This document shows, piece after piece, positions 1-9,854 of a DNA stretch of 58,449 nucleotides. The first letter of the stretch is position 1. Each line of letters begins with the position of its first letter. Below the pieces are notes generated by a model. It made no database searches. It had not been told where the DNA came from and saw only the letters and a list, made by a program, of their open reading frames with translations. This DNA comes from Hydrurus foetidus (lineage: Eukaryota), in NCBI GenBank assembly GCA_900617105.1, contig UYFQ01000820.1, positions 1-58,449 on the forward strand, in the 5' to 3' direction. Position numbers and translations under genes: made by a program.

Positions 1-997
1 TGGTGCGTTCGAATGCAGCGATGTACGAAGTGTGATGGCGTGATGGCATGGGTTCACTATGGATGTAGCCATCCATTTCAGATATGAGGACATATTGGGC
101 ACCGCTATGAGCTGCAACTGGAAACTTCCCAGTGAGGTCAGCACTGAGAGTTGGTGAGATGCTAATGAGCTTTGTGTACGCATAGTTAGCAAATTGAGTG
201 GGATTGATTGGGGGAGGGTCGTCGCCAGAAAGTTTGATGTCGAAGATTTCAGGGATGAAGTTGTCCGTCTGAAGTGGGGGGTGTTTGGTGGAGTCGAGAC
301 CTTGGCGACGTTGATTAAGGTGGCCCTTAGCGGTGGCAATGGTGTTTGGAGGATGGGCGAGTACTATCGTAGTCGTAAGTCGAGGCCATGTAGCTAGATA
401 ACCCGAGCGGATGGCGTTCAGAAATGTAGATAAGACAGGACTGCCAAGCGACGCATGGACGAAAGACACAAAACTGGTATCAGTACTGAGGTGTGATGCA
501 TTGCAGACAGGGGTAATAGTGGAGTCGTGGACGGCACTTGTTGGAATGTCGACGGACCACAATTTGCTTTCTGGAGGTTTAGTGCCTTGGAGAACTGGCA
601 TATCCTTATAGGCGAGGTAGAAGGATGTCGCAGTGAAGGTTGCAATGCAGCCGACATTGCAAAATTCACTGACACTAAGTAGCGATGTGTGTAGAATGTC
701 ATCTGGGAATATGTAAGCGGGAATTGGGTGCGGAAGGTTATGAAAATAGAGGTGACCAGAAGAAGTTGAACGAATGGTGTTTCCATTTGGGAGAGAGACC
801 GTAATTTGGTCTAGATGCGGAATCAAAATGATTCCAGAGGCATCTGATTGGCGAACAAGCACGTTGGAGGATCCTGTGTCGCAGCAGGCAAATTTTTTGT
901 GGGATGGGGCGCAAGTGAAGATGGCTTTTGGTACTTCGATTGTGTTACTTACAAAAGAGGTAGGACTCATAGACACAACTTCACTCAAGCCTAACTG
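1..997 (-). CDS. pol: Copia-1 Pol, N-terminal part (aspartic protease, integrase start); open to the window edge
   Basis: Manual translation after the gag TGA is stop-free to base 1: QLGLSEV...FACCDTGSSNVLV (protease), VSLPNG, SLLSVSEFC, FVHASLGSPVLSTF, TAKGHLNQRRQG, SADLTGKFPV (first integrase catalytic Asp). Not in the supplied ORF track. Confidence 0.9.
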
Positions 998-2113
998 TCA
1001 CAACCGCGTGGTTGATCCGCCAGAGACCGTGGTGTGATCAACGGCTTTGCGAGCGGCGTCATTAAAATCTTGTGCCGCCGGACCGTATCTCATCTTGTGG
1101 CAATCTAAGCCACTGTGAGTGTCGTAGCCATGTGCATAGCAGTAGGTGCGAGGAGGTGTACTAGGCGGTGGAGTGAGAGGGACTTTGGAATTTCGCCGGC
1201 CTCGGCCCGATCTTTGGTTGCGAGGTGGTCGGTGCGGAGGTATTGCGGCAGCTGCTGCAGCTGTAGCCAATGCGGCCATGAATGAGGGGGAGGATAGAAA
1301 ATCAGTAGCGTCGGATTTATGGGTTGCAGTTGTGTTGGCGGCGGTGTATCCCATGTCGGAAGTAGTTTGAGCAAAGTTGGGTGAGTGCAATGTGATGTGT
1401 TCGACCAAAGTGGCGAAGTTCTGAGTTGCTGCGCGCGGATTGGCGGTAAGGTAGGAGTCGATAGCTTTTTGAATGGGTAATAAATGAGAAGTGCCGGTTC
1501 GCAAGAAGTCGCATTTCTGTAACTCTGGAACAGGTTGGCCTTGTGCGGCGAGTTGCTCGAAGATGAATCTTTGATCGGCTGCAAAACCGGTGAAATTCAT
1601 GGCACTATCGAGTTTGAGGGCCAATTGAGAGTACAGGAGCTTGTAATCCTCCGATGTGAGGGTCCCGTACTGTGTGCGTAGATGTGCCATGATGGTAAGA
1701 GAATCGATGCGGCCCATTCCGAGGATCGGATCGGATAGCTCGTTGCGGTCTGCTGGAGGCAACGCATCTTTTAATCGACGAGTAAGGAGGAGGACTGCTG
1801 TGGTAGCTTTTTCGAACTCCTTATGTCTGTAATCGAAGAGACGCCACGCATTGGCGTTATCTGCTGGAGGTACCGGCGGTGTGAGTACATCACGCGGACG
1901 AAAGTTCAATACGTCGTTGTCAAGAAATGCATTGCCCGGAAGCTGTTGCCAGGTTTCGATCGTGGTGACAAACGAAAGTAAGCCGTGGCGATGGGGGAGA
2001 AAACCATTCTCGACGCAGATGGATGCCGCGTAATCGTACACTTGCCGTTGAAACTCCGCGAAATTTTCTTTGAAGATCGATATGAAAGGGATTGGATCGG
2101 TCATGGAGGTCAT
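998..2113 (-). CDS. gag: Copia-1 Gag (371 aa)
   Basis: ORF directly after the LTR/PBS; contains HLRTQYGTL and a C-terminal Cx2Hx4Hx4C knuckle variant (YCYAHGYDTHSGLDC); ends in TGA in frame with pol. Confidence 0.9.
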   Translation of the reverse strand: MTSMTDPIPFISIFKENFAEFQRQVYDYAASICVENGFLPHRHGLLSFVTTIETWQQLPGNAFLDNDVLNFRPRDVLTPPVPPADNANAWRLFDYRHKEFEKATTAVLLLTRRLKDALPPADRNELSDPILGMGRIDSLTIMAHLRTQYGTLTSEDYKLLYSQLALKLDSAMNFTGFAADQRFIFEQLAAQGQPVPELQKCDFLRTGTSHLLPIQKAIDSYLTANPRAATQNFATLVEHITLHSPNFAQTTSDMGYTAANTTATHKSDATDFLSSPSFMAALATAAAAAAIPPHRPPRNQRSGRGRRNSKVPLTPPPSTPPRTYCYAHGYDTHSGLDCHKMRYGPAAQDFNDAARKAVDHTTVSGGSTTRL

Positions 2114-2400
2114 TGTAATCTAAACTGTTGAGAGCTGTGTACGTTCAGCCTCAAGAGCAAACCGATGAACACAAGTTTACGAGTGTTTAGATTAACTTAT
2201 GCCGTAAGTGTCTGGAAAGGCTACAGATTGAATGAGAGATGAAGATGGTACATTGAAGCGATGAAGATCGTGTATACGGTGTATGCCGCTGTCCGCGTAC
2301 ATGAGTGTATATGAACACGTTGGCCCGGATACGTATCCCCAGTGATCGTATACAGTCCGCACGCTGTACGCTGTACGGTACGGTACGGTACCGAAGTAAC

Positions 2401-2725
2401 TGTTGGGATTTCTCTAAATCCGGATGCTTTGTGACTAATGCGACCGGAGACCCAAGGCTCGTAAAATAGGTTTGTGTTGCGTAATTACTTGATAATTAAA
2501 CTTGTGCACCGGCATCAATCAAGACGGCAACGAAGCTTTACATATCAAGACAATTGCACGTTTTCACCCATGTTGAAGACAGGTGAATGGATGGCTCCAC
2601 GAGCCCACACATCCAACGGTCAGCGGTACGTGCGCTATGATGCACGCCGCTGTCCGTCGGGTTCCATACATATACTATACAACTACAGCAGTGTCTTTTC
2701 TCCGGATACTCCAACACACCCAACA
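2401..2725 (-). repeat. Copia-2 3' LTR
   Basis: Direct repeat of 15193-15517; 7-bp terminal inverted repeat TGTTGGG/CCCAACA. Confidence 0.95.
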
Positions 2726-2887
2726 GTCACGCAGTAGTTGAGCACCCAGGCATGCATAGGATTTTCATGTCAGCAATAAAATAAATATGAATTGTTTTGC
2801 AAGCAGTAACGTCTAACTAAGTGTTCTCGAATGGTGCAGTGCATCTGCCTCCGGCACCCTTAATTCTTTCCCTCGACCGTGGGCCAC

Positions 2888-3217
2888 TGTTACATTCGTT
2901 ACTTCATATCAATCACACGTATGTACATACACAACGCACGTCACTCGTAGCCACTAGTTTTTCGGACCAGTTTTCGGTTTCTGACTGTTCGACAACTTCA
3001 ACTCGAGACATACTCCATCGTAGCTAATCTCACACTCCTTTCACATCTTATTAACTACCGTTACTACAAACCCAAAACCAACTTCGACTCCTTTGAGTCA
3101 GCCAAATCCCTTGCTCAGTCCAATTCGTCTGACAAGATCCCCAGTTGCGCCAATCTACCCAACTGGACAATTAACGTTTCATCTTCGACCAGTTCGTCGA
3201 AGCCGTGACACAGCATA
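2888..3217 (+). repeat. Gypsy 5' LTR
   Basis: TGTTAC...GTGACACAGCATA, repeated at 10061-10390. Confidence 0.93.
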
Positions 3218-3418
3218 AATATATATTTCTAGTAAACACGAGACAACGTTTATTACAATCGACTCCCCTCAGTTGATTTGTTTCTTACACGCCAGAAAGC
3301 AGTGAACGCCCTGGCTCAGCGAGATTCAGAATCTCTGAGGTAAGTGAAGTCTAAATCCAATACGTTCGCAAAGCCACTCCGAGAAGAAGAGGTCTACATC
3401 TCCTTTCTCTTTTAAACA

Positions 3419-5130
3419 ATGTCGGAAGGAAAGGGAATCCAAACTCAAGACTTGAAGAAGGAAGAAGCAAAGAAGAAGATCGAGGGCTTAAAAGAAGATC
3501 AGACAGAAAATGCAATTCTTGAGCTCAAGGAAATGTTTTCCCAATTCTTGATATCAAGCAATCAAACTCAGGCTAGCAACCGCGCCGACATCAACGAATT
3601 GAAAGAGGCAATCAAAGCAATTAACAGATCTAGCACTCAGTCTCCAATGGGCTCGGAAAGCATGGAGACTCCTTATCCCGTTAGATCTCGTGGCAGCAGA
3701 AGATCTTCAATGTTCTTCGGCATATCTCAACTTCCATCAACCCCACAGCTCACGGATACGCTCCTCGCAGATACGCCGTTCAAATCGAACATACAAGTGC
3801 TTCAAGCCGATATTGTATACGACAAGGAACTCAAAGTCAGTTCACTTGAAGGTCTTCAGTACTTAGCTCGACAACTTCAACTACTATCTTCTAAATATCC
3901 TGGCCGCGAAATTAAAATGGCTCACATGGTTTCCTACAACCTACGTCCACACGTCGTAGCATCGTGGAATTCCCATCGTTATCGAGAATCTCTCATAACT
4001 GGCCTTGAATCCAACGAAATTATGGTAGAAGATTGGCTATCTCTATCAAATTCGGAAGTCCAAGCTATCCTGGTAGAGGCTGCGAGGCCACGCACAAAAG
4101 AACTCTACTCGAAAGAACTCATCCTATTTCTCGGCAAAGGAATCCCACAAGCCCCATCCATAACCACCGAGAACTTCTCCAGTACGTTTTACGCCCCATT
4201 AATGAAGTCACTGACCGACTTACATCACCTACATGATCTTATGTCCGAGGAAACTTCCAACCATAGCACGAACAAATCAAAGATACCGGTCCAAGCCTAT
4301 GGAACTAGGGACAGCCCTGGCCAAATTGCCTTATGGCTCATCTCCTTGGGCACACAAAAGACTCAATCTTACAGTGGCTTAGTAAGGACGAACTGGTTAA
4401 ACACAAGACTTTAGAATCATCAGTCAAGTTCATCAGAGCCAGGCTCATGGAAGGCCGCGTCCAAAGCGAGTCTCGTCAAGACTTTGATGCAAAGCTCACT
4501 CCTATACGCTATGAAGATTTACGCTACACTCAAGGCGAATCCTATACACGCCAGCAGATCTCAGCACCTAACCGTCCGCAATTCACCACTCCACGCAGAC
4601 ATGACCAACGACTGCAGTCCAACTTTGCATCAATCGAGCTCTCTACCCAACAGATGTCATCCACACATGACAATGAAAATGATGAGGACACAGAAGATGA
4701 AAATGCGCCTACATACTCGGCTGAAGATCTAGATCTTTCAAATGACGCGAACGCGGAAATATCTACTGAGGATTCACTTCTTGCAATCAGTACAGATCAG
4801 CATCGTTCACGCTCAGCTGTTTCTGCCACATTTCGTGGATTTTGCAGCGAAGCATTTGTCTACGGTAGATGCACACGCCAGAGTTCTGGTTGCACCTTCG
4901 ACCATTCAACTGCAGGTCAAGAACGCTGCATTCAATCATTTACACTACTTGCCAAACGTGAGCTCCAACAGCATGGACAGCTCGAGCCATGGTCTTCGCC
5001 AAAACAAGAACCAAGTAGCAACTTGAAAACAAACAACTCACAGAGCTTTAAAACCACCAGCTCTACGAACTTCCGTGGAGTCATAAAGCCTACTTATCCG
5101 TCCACCTCGACACGTCCAAATCAGAAATAG
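3419..5130 (+). CDS. gag: Gypsy Gag-like ORF1, split into 3419-4414 and 4333-5130 by a probable 1-nt deletion in the A run at 4356-4359
   Basis: Lies between the LTR and pol; adding one A gives the continuous reading LWLISLGTQKDSILQWL; N-terminal coiled-coil-like segment; CCCH-type motif near the C-terminus. Confidence 0.75.
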
Positions 5131-8100
5131 GATTTTGCGAGGCCTTCCTTTGCCGAAATGCATATCGAAGATCACCTCGCCTCCTCTAATGACTATCCGC
5201 ATCCGACAATCTTTGACCCGGACAAAATCCTAACGCAAGCACTGCTCAACCAACTAGCATCTGCGACATCTACTACGTCACAAACTCTATGTCAACCCTT
5301 CATTCGTTCTGGTACCATTGTAACTAACACTGGTCTGATGCCTTTCAGTCGTGGTTTACTTGATACTGGCGCACAGGGAAGCAACTTCATCTGCAGAGAA
5401 CTATACGACAGCCTACCTCCAAGTGTTACTGACCTCAGTCGTCCAATCGATAAAATTGTTCGCCTCGGCGATGCTCGCTTCCTGTCAATTCAACTTGAAG
5501 TTCCACTCACTGTCGGTATCCTGGATTCCACCAACAACAATCATCAACATCGCCTCTGGTACAGCGTCCTTGACATCCTAAGTCATGACATTATCATTGG
5601 TTTGATTGATCTCATCGGTCCATTCTACGACCTATTCGCTGATTCTGTCCTAACAGCACGCCAGTTATCAATCACCAATGATCTAGGAACAAATTTAACA
5701 GAAGATACAAAAGCAATAAGTAAGCTTCGTCTTCAACACAATCAAGAGGACGTACTAAAAGCGAAACAGAAACTGCAAGAATGCAGTGCAGACTATCTTG
5801 GACGCAAAGATGTGATGTGCAACAGTGCCAGCACTCACATTCACCTACTTGCGCTCGAAGATGGAAAAGTAACAAACATTCTCGCACATCCCCGCCTAGG
5901 TCACGTCTTCGCTGACGACCGGGTCGAAAATCAATACACCATGTTATCTGCGCTACTATGCTCCCCAGATCCTGGTGACATCATTAGGCCCTGGTCTAAG
6001 CCCATAGACTCTCTTGCACCTGAAGAGATCAATACCCCAGACCCGACTAGTTTCCCCGATGATATTCTTGCCTACCTTACAACTACTCCGGAAGAAGCTC
6101 GTGCTATATATGACTCTGATCTGATCACACACGTGACCACTGAAATTCGCACTGCTTGCCCAGCAATCATGATACTCCTCCAATCAGAACTTGCCTACGA
6201 TGTCTTTGTTCCACGTGCGTGGAAGGGAATTGACATGGTGCCGTACCATCTAGATGTCAAACCTGGCTTACCAGATTACCTAAGGGCACGAGCTCGTCCC
6301 GTTAGAGAAGCCTTATTTCAAGATGCTAAAACTGAATTTGATCGAATGCGTACGTACTTCTACGAGCCATCTACATCTTCAATAGCTTGTCCGCTCGTAA
6401 TAGCACCCAAAGCAACAGCTCCATTTATACGGCTCTGCGGCGACTATCGCCCTATTAATCCATTCATTAGCATCCCACAAGAGCCAATACCACACGTCCA
6501 ACAGTCCCTTTCAAAAGCTGCTGGTTGGAAAATCTTCGTCGATCTCGACATGACAAATTCATTCCATCAAATTCCTATCGATGACTTTAGTTCCAACCTC
6601 CTCTCTGTATCTACACCATGGGGTTTGTTCCGGCCAAAGTTTCTTCCGGAAGGAGTTGGTCCAGCATCTGGTATTCTGCAGTCCATCGTTCGCCGTATCT
6701 TCGCCGACTTCGACGACTGGATTATAGTCATCTTTGACAACTTTCTCATTCTTGCCTCCGACTACCACGATGCTCTGTCGAAACTTGAGCAGGTGCTACA
6801 CCGTTGCCAAAAGTATGGTCTCGTCCTAAAGATGAAGAAGTCTTGGATAGGTACAGACGTTGTTACGTTTTTTGGATACGAAGTTCACCCTGGTTCATGG
6901 CAGCTCTCGGATGCACGCAAAGCTGCCATCTCATCGATGATCTTCCCAACAACACAAAAACAAATGCAAAGCTTCTTAGGAGCAGCAAACTTCTTCCACA
7001 CTCACATTCCCAATTTCGCCTCATGGGCATCCGCCTTATACGAATGCACTACCGCTGGCTTCAACTGGGACCCTTCAACATGGAAAACCGACTATAAACA
7101 TTTGTTCGAAGTCTTCAAATTAGCCATCACTGAATCCGTCACACTACACTTTCCAGACTACTCGCTGCCATGGATTATTCGATCAGACTCTTCTGATCAC
7201 GCCGTCGGCGCTGTTCTGTTTCAAGAGTACACAGACTCCAATGGTACAGTCATACACCAACCAATCGCATTTGCCTCACATAAATACTCTGGAGCTGCAG
7301 TCAATTGGGACACCTTCAAACAAGAAGCGTATGCGCTGTATTATGCAGTCACTCAATTTAACTACTACCTACGTGGTAAACCGTTCCTAATGGAAACCGA
7401 CCACCGCAACCTTGTCTGGATTGAGACCAGCCATGTTCCGATCGTTGTTCGCTGGCGTGTCCTTCTCCAGAGCTTTGTCTTTGACGTCAAGCATATACCC
7501 GGCAAAAGCAATACTGTCGCAGATTGGCTCTCACGCATGTACCCTCCGCCTACAACACAAACGACTCTATCTACCATCTCAACTCCTCTTACTGTACAGC
7601 ACATGTTTGATGCTGTTCATGGTGGTCGCTCACTACACCACGGTGCAAAACGTACTTACCTTGCTCTCTGTCGACAATTTCCTGGCCATGGTATCCCTCT
7701 ACGTGTTGTTCAAGATCTTGTGTCTGAATGTCCTATCTGTCAGAAGGACCGACTCCCAATGCACACAATTCCCAACAATGAGATCCGTGAGACAATTTTT
7801 CATCATCCTCGGTCGATAGGAATCGATCACGTCACTGTCACTCCACACGACGAAGATGGATATGTCGGTCTACTTCTTGTCGTAGAACTCGACACAAAGT
7901 TCCCTCAGGCTTATCCGATCCGAGATTACACAGCCAAAACAGTTGCACTCATACTCTTCAAACACTTCTGTACCTTTGGATCCTATGACTCTCTGTACTC
8001 CGATCCTGGCAGTGCATTCACCGCCGAAGTACTGAACCATCTCAATCGCTGGATCGGTATTCCACACCGAATATCCCTCGTCGGACGACACGAATCAAAC

Positions 8101-8886
8101 GGTACAGAACACGTAAATGCTCTATTCATGGGACAATTACGTAGACTAGTACATGATGAAAGATTTACAAATCAATGGGCTTCCGACACAGTCCTACCCC
8201 TAATCAATCACGCACTTATGACGATGCCAAACACCGAAATTGGAGGCTTGTCTCCCGTCGAACTCAAATTCGGCACGCGAGATCATGCACGGTTCCAACT
8301 TCCGCCGCCACTACTGCCGGGACACAAGTATTGTGACCTTGTAACAGCCCTTGATCGCAATCTAGCAATAGTACGATCAATAACCAGTACATATCAGGAA
8401 TCACTACGCAGCAAACGTCAATCCAAAACGCCTTCAAGTTCGCACAACATATACCAACCTGGAGACTTCATCCTATGGAATCCACTAGAGACTCCACAAT
8501 CCCTACGATCCAGTAAGCTTTCTCCAAAGCTCCTCGGTCCCTACGAAGTAATACAACAAATAAAAAACGATATTAAATGCAAACATCTCGTTACCAACAT
8601 CATCTCAGTACTTCACTCAAGCAGAGTTACACCATTCGTTGGTACTACAACCGATGCACAAACATCAGCACTTCTCGACAGTGATGAATTCATTGTCGAT
8701 TCAGTCATTACTCACCGTGGAAATGCGAAGAAAGTGTCCTCCCTCGAGTTCCTAATCCGCTGGTTCAACTACTCCTCAGCACATGATTCATGGGAACCAT
8801 GGGCTGAAATGAAAAAGGTATCGGTTGTACACGAATATCTCGAACAAAACAACATGTCAAACATCATTCCACAACAGTACAAGTAA
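5131..8886 (+). CDS. pol: Gypsy Pol (protease, RT, RNase H, integrase, chromodomain); first ATG at 5158
   Basis: LLDTGAQGSNFI; RLCGDYRPIN, DLDMTNSFHQI, IFDNFLI; RSDSSDHAVGAVL, TDHRNL, ADWLSR; HHCC (HGGRSLHHG..CPICQK), IDH/SDPG/GTE, GPY; chromodomain FLIRWFNYSSAHDSWEP. Confidence 0.95.
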   Translation, partial: DFARPSFAEMHIEDHLASSNDYPHPTIFDPDKILTQALLNQLASATSTTSQTLCQPFIRSGTIVTNTGLMPFSRGLLDTGAQGSNFICRELYDSLPPSVTDLSRPIDKIVRLGDARFLSIQLEVPLTVGILDSTNNNHQHRLWYSVLDILSHDIIIGLIDLIGPFYDLFADSVLTARQLSITNDLGTNLTEDTKAISKLRLQHNQEDVLKAKQKLQECSADYLGRKDVMCNSASTHIHLLALEDGKVTNILAHPRLGHVFADDRVENQYTMLSALLCSPDPGDIIRPWSKPIDSLAPEEINTPDPTSFPDDILAYLTTTPEEARAIYDSDLITHVTTEIRTACPAIMILLQSELAYDVFVPRAWKGIDMVPYHLDVKPGLPDYLRARARPVREALFQDAKTEFDRMRTYFYEPSTSSIACPLVIAPKATAPFIRLCGDYRPINPFISIPQEPIPHVQQSLSKAAGWKIFVDLDMTNSFHQIPIDDFSSNLLSVSTPWGLFRPKFLPEGVGPASGILQSIVRRIFADFDDWIIVIFDNFLILASDYHDALSKLEQVLHRCQKYGLVLKMKKSWIGTDVVTFFGYEVHPGSWQLSDARKAAISSMIFPTTQKQMQSFLGAANFFHTHIPNFASWASALYECTTAGFNWDPSTWKTDYKHLFEVFKLAITESVTLHFPDYSLPWIIRSDSSDHAVGAVLFQEYTDSNGTVIHQPIAFASHKYSGAAVNWDTFKQEAYALYYAVTQFNYYLRGKPFLMETDHRNLVWIETSHVPIVVRWRVLLQSFVFDVKHIPGKSNTVADWLSRMYPPPTTQTTLSTISTPLTVQHMFDAVHGGRSLHHGAKRTYLALCRQFPGHGIPLRVVQDLVSECPICQKDRLPMHTIPNNEIRETIFHHPRSIGIDHVTVTPHDEDGYVGLLLVVELDTKFPQAYPIRDYTAKTVALILFKHFCTFGSYDSLYSDPGSAFTAEVLNHLNRWIGIPHRISLVGRHESNGTEHVNALFMGQLRRLVHDERFTNQWASDTVLPLINHALMTMPNTEIGGLSPVELKFGTRDHARFQLPPPLLPGHKYCDLVTALDRNLAIVRSITSTYQESLRSKRQSKTPSSSHNIYQPGDFILWNPLETPQSLRSSKLSPKLLGPYEVIQQIKNDIKCKHLVTNIISVLHSSRVTPFVGTTTDAQTSALLDSDEFIVDSVITHRGNAKKVSSLEFLIRWFNYSSAHDSWEPWAEMKKVSVVHEYLEQNNMSNIIPQQYK

Positions 8887-9046
8887 ACTTACCTTCAAAC
8901 TCCATCCTGCTCCAGCTGGAACATTTCAGTCTTTGAGAACACGTCTGAGGCTTGCCCACATTCCTTTTCCCACTCAATGAAACATAGCCGAAGCTACTAT
9001 GTGAGGACGGCATTCAAAATGTGGGTTTGCCCCCTAAAATAATACT

Positions 9047-9685
9047 CTATTTAGTTATCTTCGCTTTCTTTCCCTTCTCATACAAGTCAAAATAATAACA
9101 ATCCGTCAAATCAATCATCTTGCCTGCCAAGTTCACAATGCTAAAATCAATGCTACCCTTAGTACATGCATTATCAAATAATCTCAATCCATTTTCATCA
9201 TTACGAACACTACATGCATGATCTTTACGACTCAATCCCTTGGCCACCTTGCAGAAAATCTCGAGTTCTTCACCCATGCAATCTGCTTTCTTCATCCTTT
9301 TGATAAGCGCCTCGTGAAACCGGTTCAACCGCTTTGCTTTGCCGAATATCACATAAATTCCTCTCCTTCTTCCTACTGTCTTCATCAACGACTGAACGTT
9401 CCAACGGCGGCTCTTGTCGTGTCTTCCTACAACCCTCCTGAACTCAAACTTCAACTTTATCCCCAGTTCTCGATTCCCAGCACACACATACTTCAGAAAA
9501 CCAACTGCATCTTCCACCGATGCGCCGTAGTGAAGCTTATGATCAAGAGGCAAACCCGCAGATTCCTTGAACACATCGCCTGCATCGCCACCCAGTCGCA
9601 TCCACCCCTGCTGCTGCGCAGACAGTGGCAAAACCATCGCAGCGGCCATGCACAAGTTTTTCGACGGCTGGAACTCGTCCTTCAT
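9047..9685 (-). CDS. Antisense extra ORF of the gypsy element (212 aa), putative papain-like cysteine peptidase fold
   Basis: Intact ATG-to-stop ORF between pol and the PPT with protein-like composition; Q6-x5-C12 (QPSKNLCMAAAM), DHACSV and LFDN motifs. Confidence 0.6.
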   Translation of the reverse strand: MKDEFQPSKNLCMAAAMVLPLSAQQQGWMRLGGDAGDVFKESAGLPLDHKLHYGASVEDAVGFLKYVCAGNRELGIKLKFEFRRVVGRHDKSRRWNVQSLMKTVGRRRGIYVIFGKAKRLNRFHEALIKRMKKADCMGEELEIFCKVAKGLSRKDHACSVRNDENGLRLFDNACTKGSIDFSIVNLAGKMIDLTDCYYFDLYEKGKKAKITK

Positions 9686-9854
9686 GATGCTGTGTACTTG
9701 AGTTGTGAATATCCTAACGATTCATTCAGTATGAGGTATGTGGTGTATAGTCGAATATTTCGCGACTCGACTTTTTCCTTTCCTGAAAAAACCATTTTGC
9801 AGCCACGTCACAATTTTTCCGGCGCCCTGAAAAGTGGCATGAAAAATGTTCTTT

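Noticed and set aside
2474..2737. Duplicated 87/89-aa ORFs (also 15266-15535)
   Set aside because: Incidental frames inside the two Copia-2 LTRs.
2888..3240. Tf1-like self-priming for the gypsy element
   Set aside because: No complement to the sequence after the 5' LTR was found within the LTR by eye.
4333..4414. Two separate gypsy ORFs upstream of pol
   Set aside because: Restoring one A in AAAA gives a single continuous Gag; there is no X XXY YYZ slippery heptamer.
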